Positions 10,668 through 20,985 of a stretch of DNA of 64,000 nucleotides are shown one piece after another; position 1 is the first letter of the stretch, and each line of letters opens with the position of its first letter. Source of the DNA: Aulosira sp. ZfuVER01 (lineage in GTDB: Bacteria > Cyanobacteriota > Cyanobacteriia > Cyanobacteriales > Nostocaceae); assembly GCA_034530615.2 (NCBI GenBank), contig JAVRCV020000049.1:253459-317458 (forward strand), written 5' to 3'. The notes beneath the pieces were generated by a model. It did no database searches. It saw nothing but the letters and a program-made list of their open reading frames with translations, and was not told the DNA's origin. Position numbers and translations under genes: made by a program.

Positions 10668-10856
10668 GTCCATGAGTTTTGGCGTCTTTCTTTCATCCTG
10701 AAAGTACGCCCAGCCAGGATATAGACTGCTGACGACAAGCCTCTGGCGCATCTACGCACTCAGAGAAATCTCAGCCTGGGCGCGATCGCAGTATTTGAGA
10801 GAAATCATGAAAAGATAGAATAGGCTGTTTGTCTAAGACAAATAAACTAGATATCT

Positions 10857-11456
10857 ATGAGTTCGACCATTCCCTCTAAAATTCGGAAGTTACCAACTCA
10901 AGCAATCGGAGCTAAGATTTTCCACACTGGTAATATCATTAGTTTGTTTCTCATGCTTACCAGTGGACTGCAAATTTATAATGCCAATCCAGTGTTTGGT
11001 GGGCGTGCAGGTTTACATATTTTCCCTCTATTTACATTAGGAGGTTGGCTAGCTGGGGGTAGACACTGGCATTTTTTCGCCATGTGGTTATTTTCGCTCA
11101 ATCTCTTGTGGTACGGAGTTTACATTTTAATTACCCGACGTTGGCGGCATAGATTTGTCGGTGCCAATGACATCAAAGCATTACAAAAAAGCCACAATTC
11201 CCAGCGACGGATTTATGCTTGGCATCGCATTGTTTATACAGCGATTATTCCTATCTTGCTCTTAGCATTATTTACTGGCATAGGGATGTATAAACCTGCA
11301 CAATTTCCCTGGATTGTCAATATATTTGGCAGTTGGCAAGCATTGCGGATTGTTCACTTTGCCTCAGTCCCTATAGTGATTATATTTGCGATCGCTCATT
11401 CTCTACTAGGACGTAAAGCTGGGGGTGAGCAACTTACAGAATCTATGTTTTGGTAA
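10857..11456 (+). CDS. Cytochrome b/b6-domain membrane protein (YdhU/thiosulfate-reductase cyt b-like)
   Basis: Four TM segments with heme His ligands: FH, MLTSGLQIYNA, GWLAGGRHWHF, RIVHF..H. Confidence 0.85.
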   Translation: MSSTIPSKIRKLPTQAIGAKIFHTGNIISLFLMLTSGLQIYNANPVFGGRAGLHIFPLFTLGGWLAGGRHWHFFAMWLFSLNLLWYGVYILITRRWRHRFVGANDIKALQKSHNSQRRIYAWHRIVYTAIIPILLLALFTGIGMYKPAQFPWIVNIFGSWQALRIVHFASVPIVIIFAIAHSLLGRKAGGEQLTESMFW

Positions 11457-11497
11457 CCTCACGGCTTTTGCTACTAAGGAATTTGAGATTTTTAAAT

Positions 11498-12220
11498 ATG
11501 GGTTTAATTCGCATTCATAAACTTCAATTAACACGCCGTCAATTTTTCCAAATTTCTGGATTATCTGGTATTGGGTTTCTGCTTGGTGGCTGTGGAACAA
11601 TGGGTTTTGAAGATTTAGTGGGTAAACTTTCCGAACCGCTAAATCAAAAGGTAGAAGCATTGATATTTAATCCCCAAAAGCCAGTACCAGAATTTTCAGC
11701 TAGTGAAATTCAACCAGAAGCGTTAATCGTTAATACCTTTAGAGATACCCCAATTATTGACCAAGAAAAATATCGACTAATTGTAGATGGAGAGGTGAAT
11801 AATCCCTTAAGTCTGAGTATGACAGAAATTCAGGCTTTACCTTTAACTTCCACGATCATTCGCCATGTTTGTGTAGAAGGTTGGGCTGCAATTGTCCAGT
11901 GGGGTGGTATCCGTTTAAAGGAAATTATTAATCTTGCCCAACCAAAACCTAATATCAAGTATGCTTATTTTAAATCAGCCGATGGCTACTATGAAAGTTG
12001 GGATATAGCATCAGTATTGCATCCCCAAACTTTATTAGCTTATCAAAAGAACGGTGAACCTTTACCAATTGATAATGGCGCACCTCTGCGTTTGGCTTCA
12101 CCTATCAAACTGGGTTATAAACAGAGTAAATGGGTAACTCAAATTACACTAACGAGTTATTTATCACCTTTTAAAGGCTACTGGGAAGACCAAGGTTACG
12201 AATGGTTCGCCGGACTGTAA
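11498..12220 (+). CDS. Molybdopterin-dependent oxidoreductase (sulfite-oxidase/MsrP family) with Tat lipoprotein signal
   Basis: TRRQFF twin-Arg, LGGC lipobox, HVCVEGW, NGAPLRL..PIKLGYKQSKWV, GYWEDQGY. Confidence 0.9.
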   Translation: MGLIRIHKLQLTRRQFFQISGLSGIGFLLGGCGTMGFEDLVGKLSEPLNQKVEALIFNPQKPVPEFSASEIQPEALIVNTFRDTPIIDQEKYRLIVDGEVNNPLSLSMTEIQALPLTSTIIRHVCVEGWAAIVQWGGIRLKEIINLAQPKPNIKYAYFKSADGYYESWDIASVLHPQTLLAYQKNGEPLPIDNGAPLRLASPIKLGYKQSKWVTQITLTSYLSPFKGYWEDQGYEWFAGL

Positions 12221-12277
12221 AAATCAAGAATGAACCTCAACAAATACAGCTAATAAATTTAGCAAACTTAATTAATT

Positions 12278-13711
12278 ATGAATTTTTTTGATAAACTACA
12301 CGATAATATTGCCCGCAATCAAAGCTTACTATTTGTAGGACTCGATCCAAATCCCGAAATGATGCCTGCTTGCTATGAATCTCAAGATATCATGGCTGGC
12401 TTATGGAATTGGTTGCAATTTATTATTGCTGAAACTGCTGATTTTGTCTGTGCTTATAAGCCAACACTTGGCTTTTATGAAGCATTAGGTATCCCAGGTT
12501 TAGAACTACTGCACAAAACTTTAACAGCTATTCCAGACCAAATTCCAATTATTTTAGATGCTAAACATAGTGACTTAAATACCAGTACTATTTTCGCTCG
12601 CACTGTGTTTACACAATGGCGAGTAGATGCTATTACCCTCAGCCCTTACACCGGACAAGATCATGTAGCACCATTTTTGGTTTATCCTGATAAGGCTGTA
12701 TTTATTTTGTGTTGTACATCTAATCCAGGGGCGGAAAGTTTACAGCAATATCCTACAAACGAATCACCTTTATATTTGCAAGTAGTAAAAGAATCAAAAA
12801 ATTGGGGTACTCCAGAACAATTAGGACTAGAAGTGGGAACTAAAAATCCCGATGTTTTGGCATTGATTCGAGCAGTTGCACCAGAAAGAATTATCATGGC
12901 TCGTAGTATCTGGGCAGAGGGTAGCAATCTCAATCAAATTTTAGCAGCAGGCTTGAATAAGAATGGTGATGGATTGCTGATTCCTGTACCTCAAGATATG
13001 TTAGGAAACTCACAATTAGCTCAAGAAATCCAGTCTCTACAGACAGAAATTAATCAAGCTAAAAATAACATTATCCAGGATAATTCTACCTGCTCTTTAT
13101 GGGTACCAGATGTCTGCTTTTTAAATCAACACCCACAGCAAGATTTAATTTTACAACTGTATGATATTGGCTGCATCATGTTTGGTAACTTTGTGCAAGC
13201 ATCTGGAGCAATATTTCCATATTACATTGACTTACGTAAAATTATTTCTAATCCTCAAGTTTTTAATCAAGTTCTGAGTGCTTATGAGCAGATTTTGCAA
13301 AACCTGAATTTTGATAGGATAGCAGGTATTCCCTACGGTTCTTTACCCACCGCCACCGGTTTAGCTTTACGCCTTAATTATCCAATGATATTTCCACGTA
13401 AGGAAGTAAAAGCACACGGAACTCGCAAGGTAATTGAAGGTAACTTCCATCCTGGGGAAACTGTTGTGGTTGTTGATGATATTCTTATCAGTGGCAAAAG
13501 TGTGATGGAAGGTGCAGAAAAATTACAGTCTGCCGGACTAAACGTTAATGATATTGTGGTATTTATCGACCATGAACAAGGAGTAAAAAATAGGTTAAAA
13601 GAAAATGGTTACAACAGTTATGCAGTTTTAACGATTTCCGAAATTACAGAAACGCTGTATCAAGCAGGACGTATAAGTGAAGAGCAATTTTTAGCTTTTA
13701 AAGAAAGTTAG
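12278..13711 (+). CDS. pyrFE: Bifunctional orotidine-5'-phosphate decarboxylase / orotate phosphoribosyltransferase
   Basis: N-terminal VGLDP, AYKPTLGFYEA, ILDAKHSD. C-terminal YYIDLR, RKEVKAHGT and PRPP motif VVVVDDILISG. Confidence 0.9.
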   Translation: MNFFDKLHDNIARNQSLLFVGLDPNPEMMPACYESQDIMAGLWNWLQFIIAETADFVCAYKPTLGFYEALGIPGLELLHKTLTAIPDQIPIILDAKHSDLNTSTIFARTVFTQWRVDAITLSPYTGQDHVAPFLVYPDKAVFILCCTSNPGAESLQQYPTNESPLYLQVVKESKNWGTPEQLGLEVGTKNPDVLALIRAVAPERIIMARSIWAEGSNLNQILAAGLNKNGDGLLIPVPQDMLGNSQLAQEIQSLQTEINQAKNNIIQDNSTCSLWVPDVCFLNQHPQQDLILQLYDIGCIMFGNFVQASGAIFPYYIDLRKIISNPQVFNQVLSAYEQILQNLNFDRIAGIPYGSLPTATGLALRLNYPMIFPRKEVKAHGTRKVIEGNFHPGETVVVVDDILISGKSVMEGAEKLQSAGLNVNDIVVFIDHEQGVKNRLKENGYNSYAVLTISEITETLYQAGRISEEQFLAFKES

Positions 13712-13857
13712 GACTGCTATACAGAATAGAAAAATCAAAAGTTATGTATTCTAAGTTTCTGGATAATTTGTCAAGGATTAAGCATCTCATCCTAGAATCA
13801 ATATCGATGAATAATCAACAAATTTAAGGAATATTTATTCCGCTATATTGCAAATTG

Positions 13858-14961
13858 ATGATGAACATTTCTCTAAATCAACTGATTAAAATATTAATTT
13901 TTACACTGCTGTTTCCCTTAGTATTCCTTAATGGTTGGCTAGCATTTCAATTTTTCAAATACTTTCAACCTATAGTGACAATTTTAGTGCTAGCAAGTTT
14001 ACTTGCTTTTATTTTAAACTATCCTGTTTCAATTCTTCAAAAACGTGGTATTGCACGCAATTATGCTGTAGGATTAGTTTTCATATCAGCTTTAATAGTA
14101 TTTATCGGTTTAGGGATTATTTTATTACCCATTGTATTAGAACAATTTAATGAAATGGTTAAATTGCTACCACAATGGATTGATGCAAATGAAGCAAAAC
14201 TCCAAAGTTTAAATAATTCAGATTTAAATCAAAAATTGAAAGTTAATATAGGTCAAATATTAACTCAAGTTACCGATCGCGTCCCTGATGAATTAGAATA
14301 TTTATTTAATCACTTGCTAACTATTGTCAAAGATACTATTGATAGCCTTTCGGAAGTAATAGTAACAGTCGTATTAACTTTTTATTTATTAATAGATGGA
14401 AAACGAATCTGGGAGGGTATCTTTAACAAGATACCTTGGGGCTTTGCACAGAAAATAAGAGAATCTCTGCAACTAAATTTTCAAAATTACTTGATTGGTC
14501 AAGTAAGTTTAGCTTTAATCATGGGAGTTGCCGAAACTTTATTATTTTTAGTTTTTCAAGTCCAGTTTGCTTTACTTTTTGGTTTAGGAGTGGGGCTTTT
14601 AAGCTTAATTCCCTTTGGTGATGTTATCAGCTTAATTATAATTATTTTAATTATCGCCTCTCATAATCTTTGGCTAGCAGTGAAGATTTTTGCAGTAGCT
14701 ATTATTATAGACCAGTTAATTGACCAAGCGATCGCACCTCGTCTTTTAGGGCGTTTTACAGGCCTTAGACCGATATGGGTGATAATTTCCTTACTAGTAG
14801 GAACTTATATAGGGGGCTTATTGGGTTTGCTAATTGGTGTACCTGTGGCTGGGTTTATTAAAGATGCAGCAGATGGTTTTGTGTCTATATCTGATGATGC
14901 TAATAATGTAATTGAGGGTAAAGAAATATCGGAAATATTAACAGAAGAATCAACTTCTTAA
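13858..14961 (+). CDS. AI-2E family transporter
   Basis: Hydrophobic pattern, LLAFILNYPV, IAPRLLG..TGLRP.WV..SLLVG..IGGLLG. Confidence 0.9.
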   Translation: MMNISLNQLIKILIFTLLFPLVFLNGWLAFQFFKYFQPIVTILVLASLLAFILNYPVSILQKRGIARNYAVGLVFISALIVFIGLGIILLPIVLEQFNEMVKLLPQWIDANEAKLQSLNNSDLNQKLKVNIGQILTQVTDRVPDELEYLFNHLLTIVKDTIDSLSEVIVTVVLTFYLLIDGKRIWEGIFNKIPWGFAQKIRESLQLNFQNYLIGQVSLALIMGVAETLLFLVFQVQFALLFGLGVGLLSLIPFGDVISLIIIILIIASHNLWLAVKIFAVAIIIDQLIDQAIAPRLLGRFTGLRPIWVIISLLVGTYIGGLLGLLIGVPVAGFIKDAADGFVSISDDANNVIEGKEISEILTEESTS

Positions 14962-14973
14962 CTACCTCACGAA

Positions 14974-15663
14974 TTACGAAGCAATTCTTAACATTTGATT
15001 TCCACCAATCTGTAGTTCATATTCGACTTTTTCAATCTCTACATTGTAACCTTTGGCAGTGTAATGCTTGATTATTGCATCTAAATGTGGAGAAGGTTTC
15101 AACATTAAAGTTATTAAAGGAAATATCCTAATTTCCTTAGCGATACGTAGCATCTCCTCAATTGAATTGAGGTGAAAATTATAAGTGTAATGATCTGAAT
15201 ATAAAAATAAAAAGTGCGAACAAAGCGCTAGATCAAATGCTTGGTTTGGATATGCTAATTTTGGCAATTCACCAACTTGGTATCTATGATTTTTCTTACC
15301 AGCATCATAATCAGCAATAAATTTTTGGATAACTTTTACTCGATTAGAACGTAAATCATCTGGAGATTTGTGATAGCTCCATACCCAATCATTAGGTGTA
15401 GCTTTAACTTGGTTAATGATGTTATCAACAACTTGATTAAAGCGTTGCAAAATTTCATCACCAGAAAATTGGTAAAGCGGATCAACTGAAACCACACTTT
15501 TCCCTTTATCTGTCATTTCAGTATTAAAACTAGCTGGCCCATCCCCAATACCAATCATCTTTTTATTTAAATCTGTTTCTGTTAAATTGAAAATTTTGAT
15601 ATATTCATCCATTGACCTCCCAAAAGGAACGACTTGATCGAGAACCATTGCCATATCATTCAC
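14974..15663 (-). CDS. SAM-dependent methyltransferase-like protein
   Basis: GIGDGPASF, SVDPLY, FDLALCSHFLFLYS. Confidence 0.8.
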   Translation of the reverse strand: MNDMAMVLDQVVPFGRSMDEYIKIFNLTETDLNKKMIGIGDGPASFNTEMTDKGKSVVSVDPLYQFSGDEILQRFNQVVDNIINQVKATPNDWVWSYHKSPDDLRSNRVKVIQKFIADYDAGKKNHRYQVGELPKLAYPNQAFDLALCSHFLFLYSDHYTYNFHLNSIEEMLRIAKEIRIFPLITLMLKPSPHLDAIIKHYTAKGYNVEIEKVEYELQIGGNQMLRIAS

Positions 15664-15909
15664 CTCATGAGTTTATCCGCACAGGATAATCACAATATTC
15701 AGAATATTTTTCCTAATTTTATACCAATTTCAAAAAATAAGGTGATAAATGGGTAGGGAATAATGTTGTATTCTCCAGAAGAATTTATATATCGCAAACA
15801 TTATCAGAATTGGCATTACGTTAAGAATTAGACTTTACAAAACGCTAATTATATGGATTTATCGGTTTGAATACAACAGCGATCGCAGGCTAGCATTTCT
15901 GCCAGATAT

Positions 15910-16470
15910 CTAAAATTGTTTATCCTCATCTGCACCTATTGTGATACGGCAATTATTCAACAGTGAATCCAGTTCTTTGACAACTTTAAAAGGATTTCTC
16001 CCAGTAAACACAGATGCGATCGCAGCTTCAGAAGGATTTCTGCCTGTACGCTTTACGGCTTTTATGGCAGCTTTATTCGATAATCCCCGAACGCTGACTA
16101 ACCATGCAGCTAGTACATGTCCAGTACGTCCAATACCACCAGAACAATGGACAACAACCTTCTCGCCTTGTTTGTCGGCTGCTATTAAAAAAGGAAGTAT
16201 TTTCGTTGTCAGTGTTTTTAGATCGCATAGATGGAAGTCTTCAATTGGTGCCCAACAAACTTGCAGATTACCAAATTCTTGTTCATATCTGTTGATAAGA
16301 TTAACAGAATAATTAACTAATTGTTTTTCAGGAAGTAGGCAACAAACTCGCTTGACATCTTGCTGCTTCATGAACTCAATCCAATTATCTACTTTCTGAG
16401 TTAAATACCCAGGTCGCGCTGCACCAAATACTATTGGTTCATTCTCACCAGCCGGAGCAAATTTATACAT
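15910..16470 (-). CDS. Dual-specificity/tyrosine protein phosphatase
   Basis: HCSGGIGRTG CX5R signature and PIEDF loop. Confidence 0.9.
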   Translation of the reverse strand: MYKFAPAGENEPIVFGAARPGYLTQKVDNWIEFMKQQDVKRVCCLLPEKQLVNYSVNLINRYEQEFGNLQVCWAPIEDFHLCDLKTLTTKILPFLIAADKQGEKVVVHCSGGIGRTGHVLAAWLVSVRGLSNKAAIKAVKRTGRNPSEAAIASVFTGRNPFKVVKELDSLLNNCRITIGADEDKQF

Positions 16471-16517
16471 TTCTAGATATCTAACATCTGCATTCTCTGA
16501 TTTTAACTTTTAGCCAG

Positions 16518-16626
16518 TAGTGGTGTGGCAAGACTAAAATGTTGCAATAAAAAATGTTCGTAGTTGCGCTTTAGCGCCCTATCAATTATAAATTTAATGC
16601 ACAACTTTAGCCTTGAAACGCTACTA
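16518..16626. mobile_element. Degenerate MITE-like element
   Basis: Imperfect TIRs tagtggtgtggcaagactaaa / tttagccttgaaacgctacta. Confidence 0.5.
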
Positions 16627-16645
16627 CTTAATTTGGACAGACAAC

Positions 16646-16721
16646 TAGTACAGCACGGCGTAAAGAAAGCTACTGTTTCAAACAGTCACATTTGACTTTT
16701 GACTTACGCCTTGCGGTACTA
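16646..16721. mobile_element. MITE-like element abutting the stop codon of the EAL gene
   Basis: TIRs tagtacagcacggcgtaa / ttacgccttgcggtacta, with CTAG at both ends. Confidence 0.65.
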
Positions 16722-19358
16722 GGGCTTTAATTGTTCTTTTTGCAGTATTTCTGTAATTTTCTGGGCGCAAAGCGGTCGGTAGAACAAATAACCCTGTACA
16801 TCCTCACAATTAATAGATTTCAAAAATTCTAGTTCTTCTGGCTTTTCTACGCCTTCAGCAGTAAGCCGTAACCCTAAACTTTGCCCTAGTACTACGATCG
16901 CCTTAACAATATGAGCAACTTTTTGATCCGTTGTCAACTCTTGAATAAAAGACTTATCAATTTTCAGATGATGTAGTGGCAAAAGCTGTAGGCGCGATAG
17001 AGAAGAATGACCTGTCCCAAAGTCATCGATAGAAAGGTAAATACCCATCTGCTTTAAATTTTCCAGCACATTTCTGGTGAACTCTAAATCTTCAATAGCG
17101 GTTGATTCTGTAATTTCTAACTCCAAAAACTTCGGATTTAGACCTGTCTCTTGTAAGATGCTAGCCAATGTGTCCACCAGATTCGGTTGGCGGAACTGTT
17201 TTAGAGAGAGATTGACGGCGACAGTAAGCTGAGGCAAACCTGCTTCTTGCCAAGCTTTATTTTGCCTACAAGCTGTTCTGATTACCCATTCTCCAATGGG
17301 GACAATCAATCCACTTTCTTCGGCAAGGGGAATAAAAATATTAGGCGCTACTAGTCCCATCTCCGGATGCTGCCAGCGTAATAGAGCCTCCATGCCAGTA
17401 ATGTCTCCCGTGGCAATATTTACCCGAGGCTGGTAGTACAGCATGAATTCATCCCGTTCTAGTGCATAGCGCAAACTCTTCTCTAATGTCAAGAGTTCAG
17501 GCGTCTTAGTACTTAGAGAAGTGTTGTATAACTGGTAATTATTTCTCCCGGCATCCTTTGCATAATACAAAGCTGCATCCGAATGTTGGATTAGGGTTTC
17601 AGCATCAGGGCTATGTTCGTTGAACAGAGCAATGCCTAGACTGGCGCTCACATAGAGTTCGTGCCCTTCTATTTCAAAGGGATTCTCTAAAGCTTGGAGA
17701 ATTCTCTGGGCTACCTGTTTTACCTCTTCAAGATAATTAACTTGGGGCAGTAGGATAGTAAATTCATCACCTCCCCAACGGGCAACAGTGTCCCCAATTC
17801 TGAGGCAGTCTTTCAATCTTTGAGCTACGGATTTTAACAGAATGTCTCCTAATGTATGCCCCAAAGTGTCATTGATCACCTTGAAACGATCTAGATCGAG
17901 AAACATTACAGCTAGACTTTCTTTACTGCAAGCTGCATTAGGTAAAGCTTTATCCAACAGTTCATTAAAGAGTAGGCGGTTGGGTAAACCTGTGAGCAAA
18001 TCATGAAGAGCTTGGTAACGAATTCTTTCTTCTACTTGCTGACGCTGCCAAGCACCGCTGATACTAGCTGCCATAGTCAATAGAGTTGACTCTTCGTGTC
18101 TTGACCAGTGACGTTCTTGTGAACAGTCTGCCAAGCCCAAGTAACCCCAAAACTTATCCTCCAGACACAGAGGTACTAAGAAGATAGATTGAATCTTATC
18201 TCTAGTAAGAATCTTTTGTTCAGCAATAGGAAAGTCACGGGTAAGTCCAATGATGGATTGTCCCTGTGAGAGTGCAGTGTACCAACGGGCTAGTCCAGAA
18301 GAATCATAGGGCTGATTCTGCCAGTGATGGCGTGAAGGCTCAATATGCGATCGCGTCCATTCAAATCTGAGACTGACTGCCATCTCTTTGGTAGTTGGGT
18401 GGATATGGTTTTTGAAGAGATAGGCACGATCTACTTCAGCAGCTTCACCCAACATAGCCAAAGCTTTCTCAACACCGCTTTCGTAGTTCATTTCCACCAG
18501 CAAATAATTGGCAGCTTCCGCGACTGCTTGTAGTAGACGGTCTCGCTGGCGAAGTTCGGCGGTTGCTCGTTTTTGCTCTGTAATATCCCTAATAATAAAA
18601 GTTCTAATTAAATCACTCTCAGGAAGGTAATGAATCGATTGTTCAAAAACTTCTGTACCAACTTCTACCTCACGAACAAAAGAATTGACCTCTCGATTCT
18701 CAATTGCACTCAGCAGTCCTGCCAAAACTGGATGATGCTCCCCGGCTTCCCTTAATCTGGGAAACTTCAAAGATGCGGCGGGATTGAGATAGATGACTGT
18801 TCCCTCTGTATCCATTTCGATAATTGGATTAGGGATAAGCTCTGGGAAGGATGCTAGGCGGGCTAGCACTGTTTCACTAGCTCCTTCAAAGTTAGAATCA
18901 GGAGCAACTAAGGTTTCAAAAGGATTGGCAGGATTGGCTTGCTCCGACAGGAAGCTAGATATATCTTCAACTGTAAAAGATTCAGTAAAAGCTTTTTCGG
19001 ACAGATTGGAAATAGCATAGTATTTCGCACTAACTTGGTTGTTACCAAATGCAATGACATCTCCATGCTGAAGGTTATGAGAAAAGCATTTAGTAGCATT
19101 AACAAATACACCATTCGTACTTTTTTTTCCTTTAAAGTCGCCATCGATAATCCGAAAACCATATTGATCGGTTTCGGGAATAGTTACCCTTAATAAAATG
19201 GCGTGCTGTCTCGACACGGAGCGCGAACGGAGGACAATAGCGTTTCTCGAATCCCGTCCGAGAGAATAAGTAGCCTCCTGAAGGGGAATAGTTCGTTGCC
19301 CTTGCAAATCTTTGACAACCAAAATGTGACGTATTTTTTCCCGTTCATTTGCTGCCAT
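16719..19358 (-). CDS. FHA-PAS-GAF-GGDEF-EAL c-di-GMP signalling protein
   Basis: FHA (GR..VSRQHA..STNGVFVN), intact RWGGDEF, MEALLRW and DDFGTGHSSL. Confidence 0.92.
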   Translation of the reverse strand: MAANEREKIRHILVVKDLQGQRTIPLQEATYSLGRDSRNAIVLRSRSVSRQHAILLRVTIPETDQYGFRIIDGDFKGKKSTNGVFVNATKCFSHNLQHGDVIAFGNNQVSAKYYAISNLSEKAFTESFTVEDISSFLSEQANPANPFETLVAPDSNFEGASETVLARLASFPELIPNPIIEMDTEGTVIYLNPAASLKFPRLREAGEHHPVLAGLLSAIENREVNSFVREVEVGTEVFEQSIHYLPESDLIRTFIIRDITEQKRATAELRQRDRLLQAVAEAANYLLVEMNYESGVEKALAMLGEAAEVDRAYLFKNHIHPTTKEMAVSLRFEWTRSHIEPSRHHWQNQPYDSSGLARWYTALSQGQSIIGLTRDFPIAEQKILTRDKIQSIFLVPLCLEDKFWGYLGLADCSQERHWSRHEESTLLTMAASISGAWQRQQVEERIRYQALHDLLTGLPNRLLFNELLDKALPNAACSKESLAVMFLDLDRFKVINDTLGHTLGDILLKSVAQRLKDCLRIGDTVARWGGDEFTILLPQVNYLEEVKQVAQRILQALENPFEIEGHELYVSASLGIALFNEHSPDAETLIQHSDAALYYAKDAGRNNYQLYNTSLSTKTPELLTLEKSLRYALERDEFMLYYQPRVNIATGDITGMEALLRWQHPEMGLVAPNIFIPLAEESGLIVPIGEWVIRTACRQNKAWQEAGLPQLTVAVNLSLKQFRQPNLVDTLASILQETGLNPKFLELEITESTAIEDLEFTRNVLENLKQMGIYLSIDDFGTGHSSLSRLQLLPLHHLKIDKSFIQELTTDQKVAHIVKAIVVLGQSLGLRLTAEGVEKPEELEFLKSINCEDVQGYLFYRPLCAQKITEILQKEQLKP

Positions 19359-19737
19359 GCCTTTTCCTCACATTCTCATATCTTGGGGGTCTTCGTTGGA
19401 AAAAATTACTCCAATAAGTCCTAACTTTGAGCTTCTACTTCTTGGATAAAGCTACTCAATCAATCCGATCGCTATTTATGAGAGGATTGCCTGGTCATGA
19501 TTCCAGAATTTGGCTATCTAGAACGATATGCCTAATTATCTAGCCAGTTTTTCCCAGAGGAATCCTAGGCGTTTTCTCAACTCACTAGAATGATTGGAAA
19601 ATTTGGCCTTATGGTCACATCTCTCGACTTTTTTTGTGTATTCACTCCCCAGAATAAATTCAAATACCTCTAAAGATGTATGGTATATTTGCGGATTTTT
19701 TGCATATTGACCAACTGTGTGGGTAGGCAGTCTTGAT

Positions 19738-19858
19738 GAAAACTCTACCCACAAGGGGATGGAGTTTTTGGGCATGGGGAAGATGTACCGCCACAATGCC
19801 CCAAGCGACGGGCGAAACAACCTCTTGCACCCACAAGGGAATGAAGTTTACCGTCGCT
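19738..19858. repeat. Two hairpin units with a CCCACAAGGG core (REP/SDR-like)
   Basis: aaaactctacccacaaggggatggagtttt and gcgacgg...acccacaagggaatgaagtttaccgtcgc. Confidence 0.55.
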
Positions 19859-20499
19859 TTCAATGAAAAGGTTTCATCGCGCCTTCAGACAAGGGAGCAG
19901 GGGAATGAGGGAGATGAGGAAGCAAGGAGAGCAGCTAAAGCGATCGCACTTTGTCTCTAAAATTTGAAATTGCTCACAGCTGAGGAGTTATATCGCTACA
20001 ACATTACTAGGAAAAGTAAAGTTTAATTGCAATAAGAATTCGCCCCAAGATAAGAGTGATAACTTATTAACAAGAGCTAATCAGCTTCCCTGGCAGATCC
20101 AACAGCCAAGTCCCATAGTTAAATTAAGTAAAGAGGTAAAAACGCTGTTTCAATATCTGTCTCGTCAACTAACAGCAACACCCAAATCGAACACTTACGT
20201 TTCCTCAAAGTAGTACTTAACAGGGGGCGATGTAACTGATTTTTTAATGGCATTTCCACAGTCATGTAATCAGTACAACCCCAGATAGTAGTGAAGAAAA
20301 GAGAGGAAAAACTAAGCTAGTGAAAGTTTGGGTGTTGTTGTTTTAAGTATACAAATTTCTCAAGCAATATTTCGGCGATGTCTATCGACAAGAAGCAGAG
20401 CTTCTACGCACCTTTTTAAATACGTACAAATAAACACCGATAAATTATCTATATTTATCGGTGTAAATGTGTGTTGATTTGTTCTTGAAAGAGGTTGTA

Positions 20500-20617
20500 A
20501 TATGATGTCCGGCAAATTACCATCAATATGTGATTGCGAGTGAAACGACGCAATTGCAAGGTTTTTGGGATTGCTTCCCTACGGTCGCAATGACGGTTAT
20601 TTAAACGGACATGATAT
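20500..20617. mobile_element. MITE-like element carrying a GTCATTGCGA...TCGCAATGAC-type palindromic core
   Basis: TIRs atatgatgtccg / cggacatgatat. The inner stem resembles that of the element at 63580. Confidence 0.65.
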
Positions 20618-20628
20618 AGCTTGAAACT

Positions 20629-20970
20629 TTAATTCTCATCACGCCCATGCACTTGAGCAGGCGGACTAGTGGCCTCAACGGCGGTAAACGGTTCTAAAAT
20701 CTTATATGTGTGGTTTGACCCTTGAGGAACTACCCAAGAATCCCCAGGCTCTAACAAAATTTTTTGTCCTTCAATATGTAACTCAGCACGACCATTAATT
20801 ACATAACCGACTGTTTCATAGTCGCGGGAGGTTGGCTGTTTATCTTCGGTTGGTTGTTCATTATCCCAAAGACGCATTGCCACAGACTTGCCAGATGCAA
20901 GATACTTCTGACCGAGTTTACCTTTCGGAGAATGGCTAGAGTCTACTTTCTTGACGCTGGTGTCACTCAT
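20629..20970 (-). CDS. Cupin domain protein
   Basis: YETVGYVINGRAEL..EG..LEPGDSWVVP.G..HTY. Confidence 0.88.
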   Translation of the reverse strand: MSDTSVKKVDSSHSPKGKLGQKYLASGKSVAMRLWDNEQPTEDKQPTSRDYETVGYVINGRAELHIEGQKILLEPGDSWVVPQGSNHTYKILEPFTAVEATSPPAQVHGRDEN

Positions 20971-20985
20971 ATTTCATGAATTTCC

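Noticed and set aside
19536..19960. Short overlapping ORFs, or a two-repeat mini-CRISPR around CCCACAAGGG
   Set aside because: Only two imperfect units, each an internal hairpin. The ORFs have no recognisable motifs and span repeat DNA.
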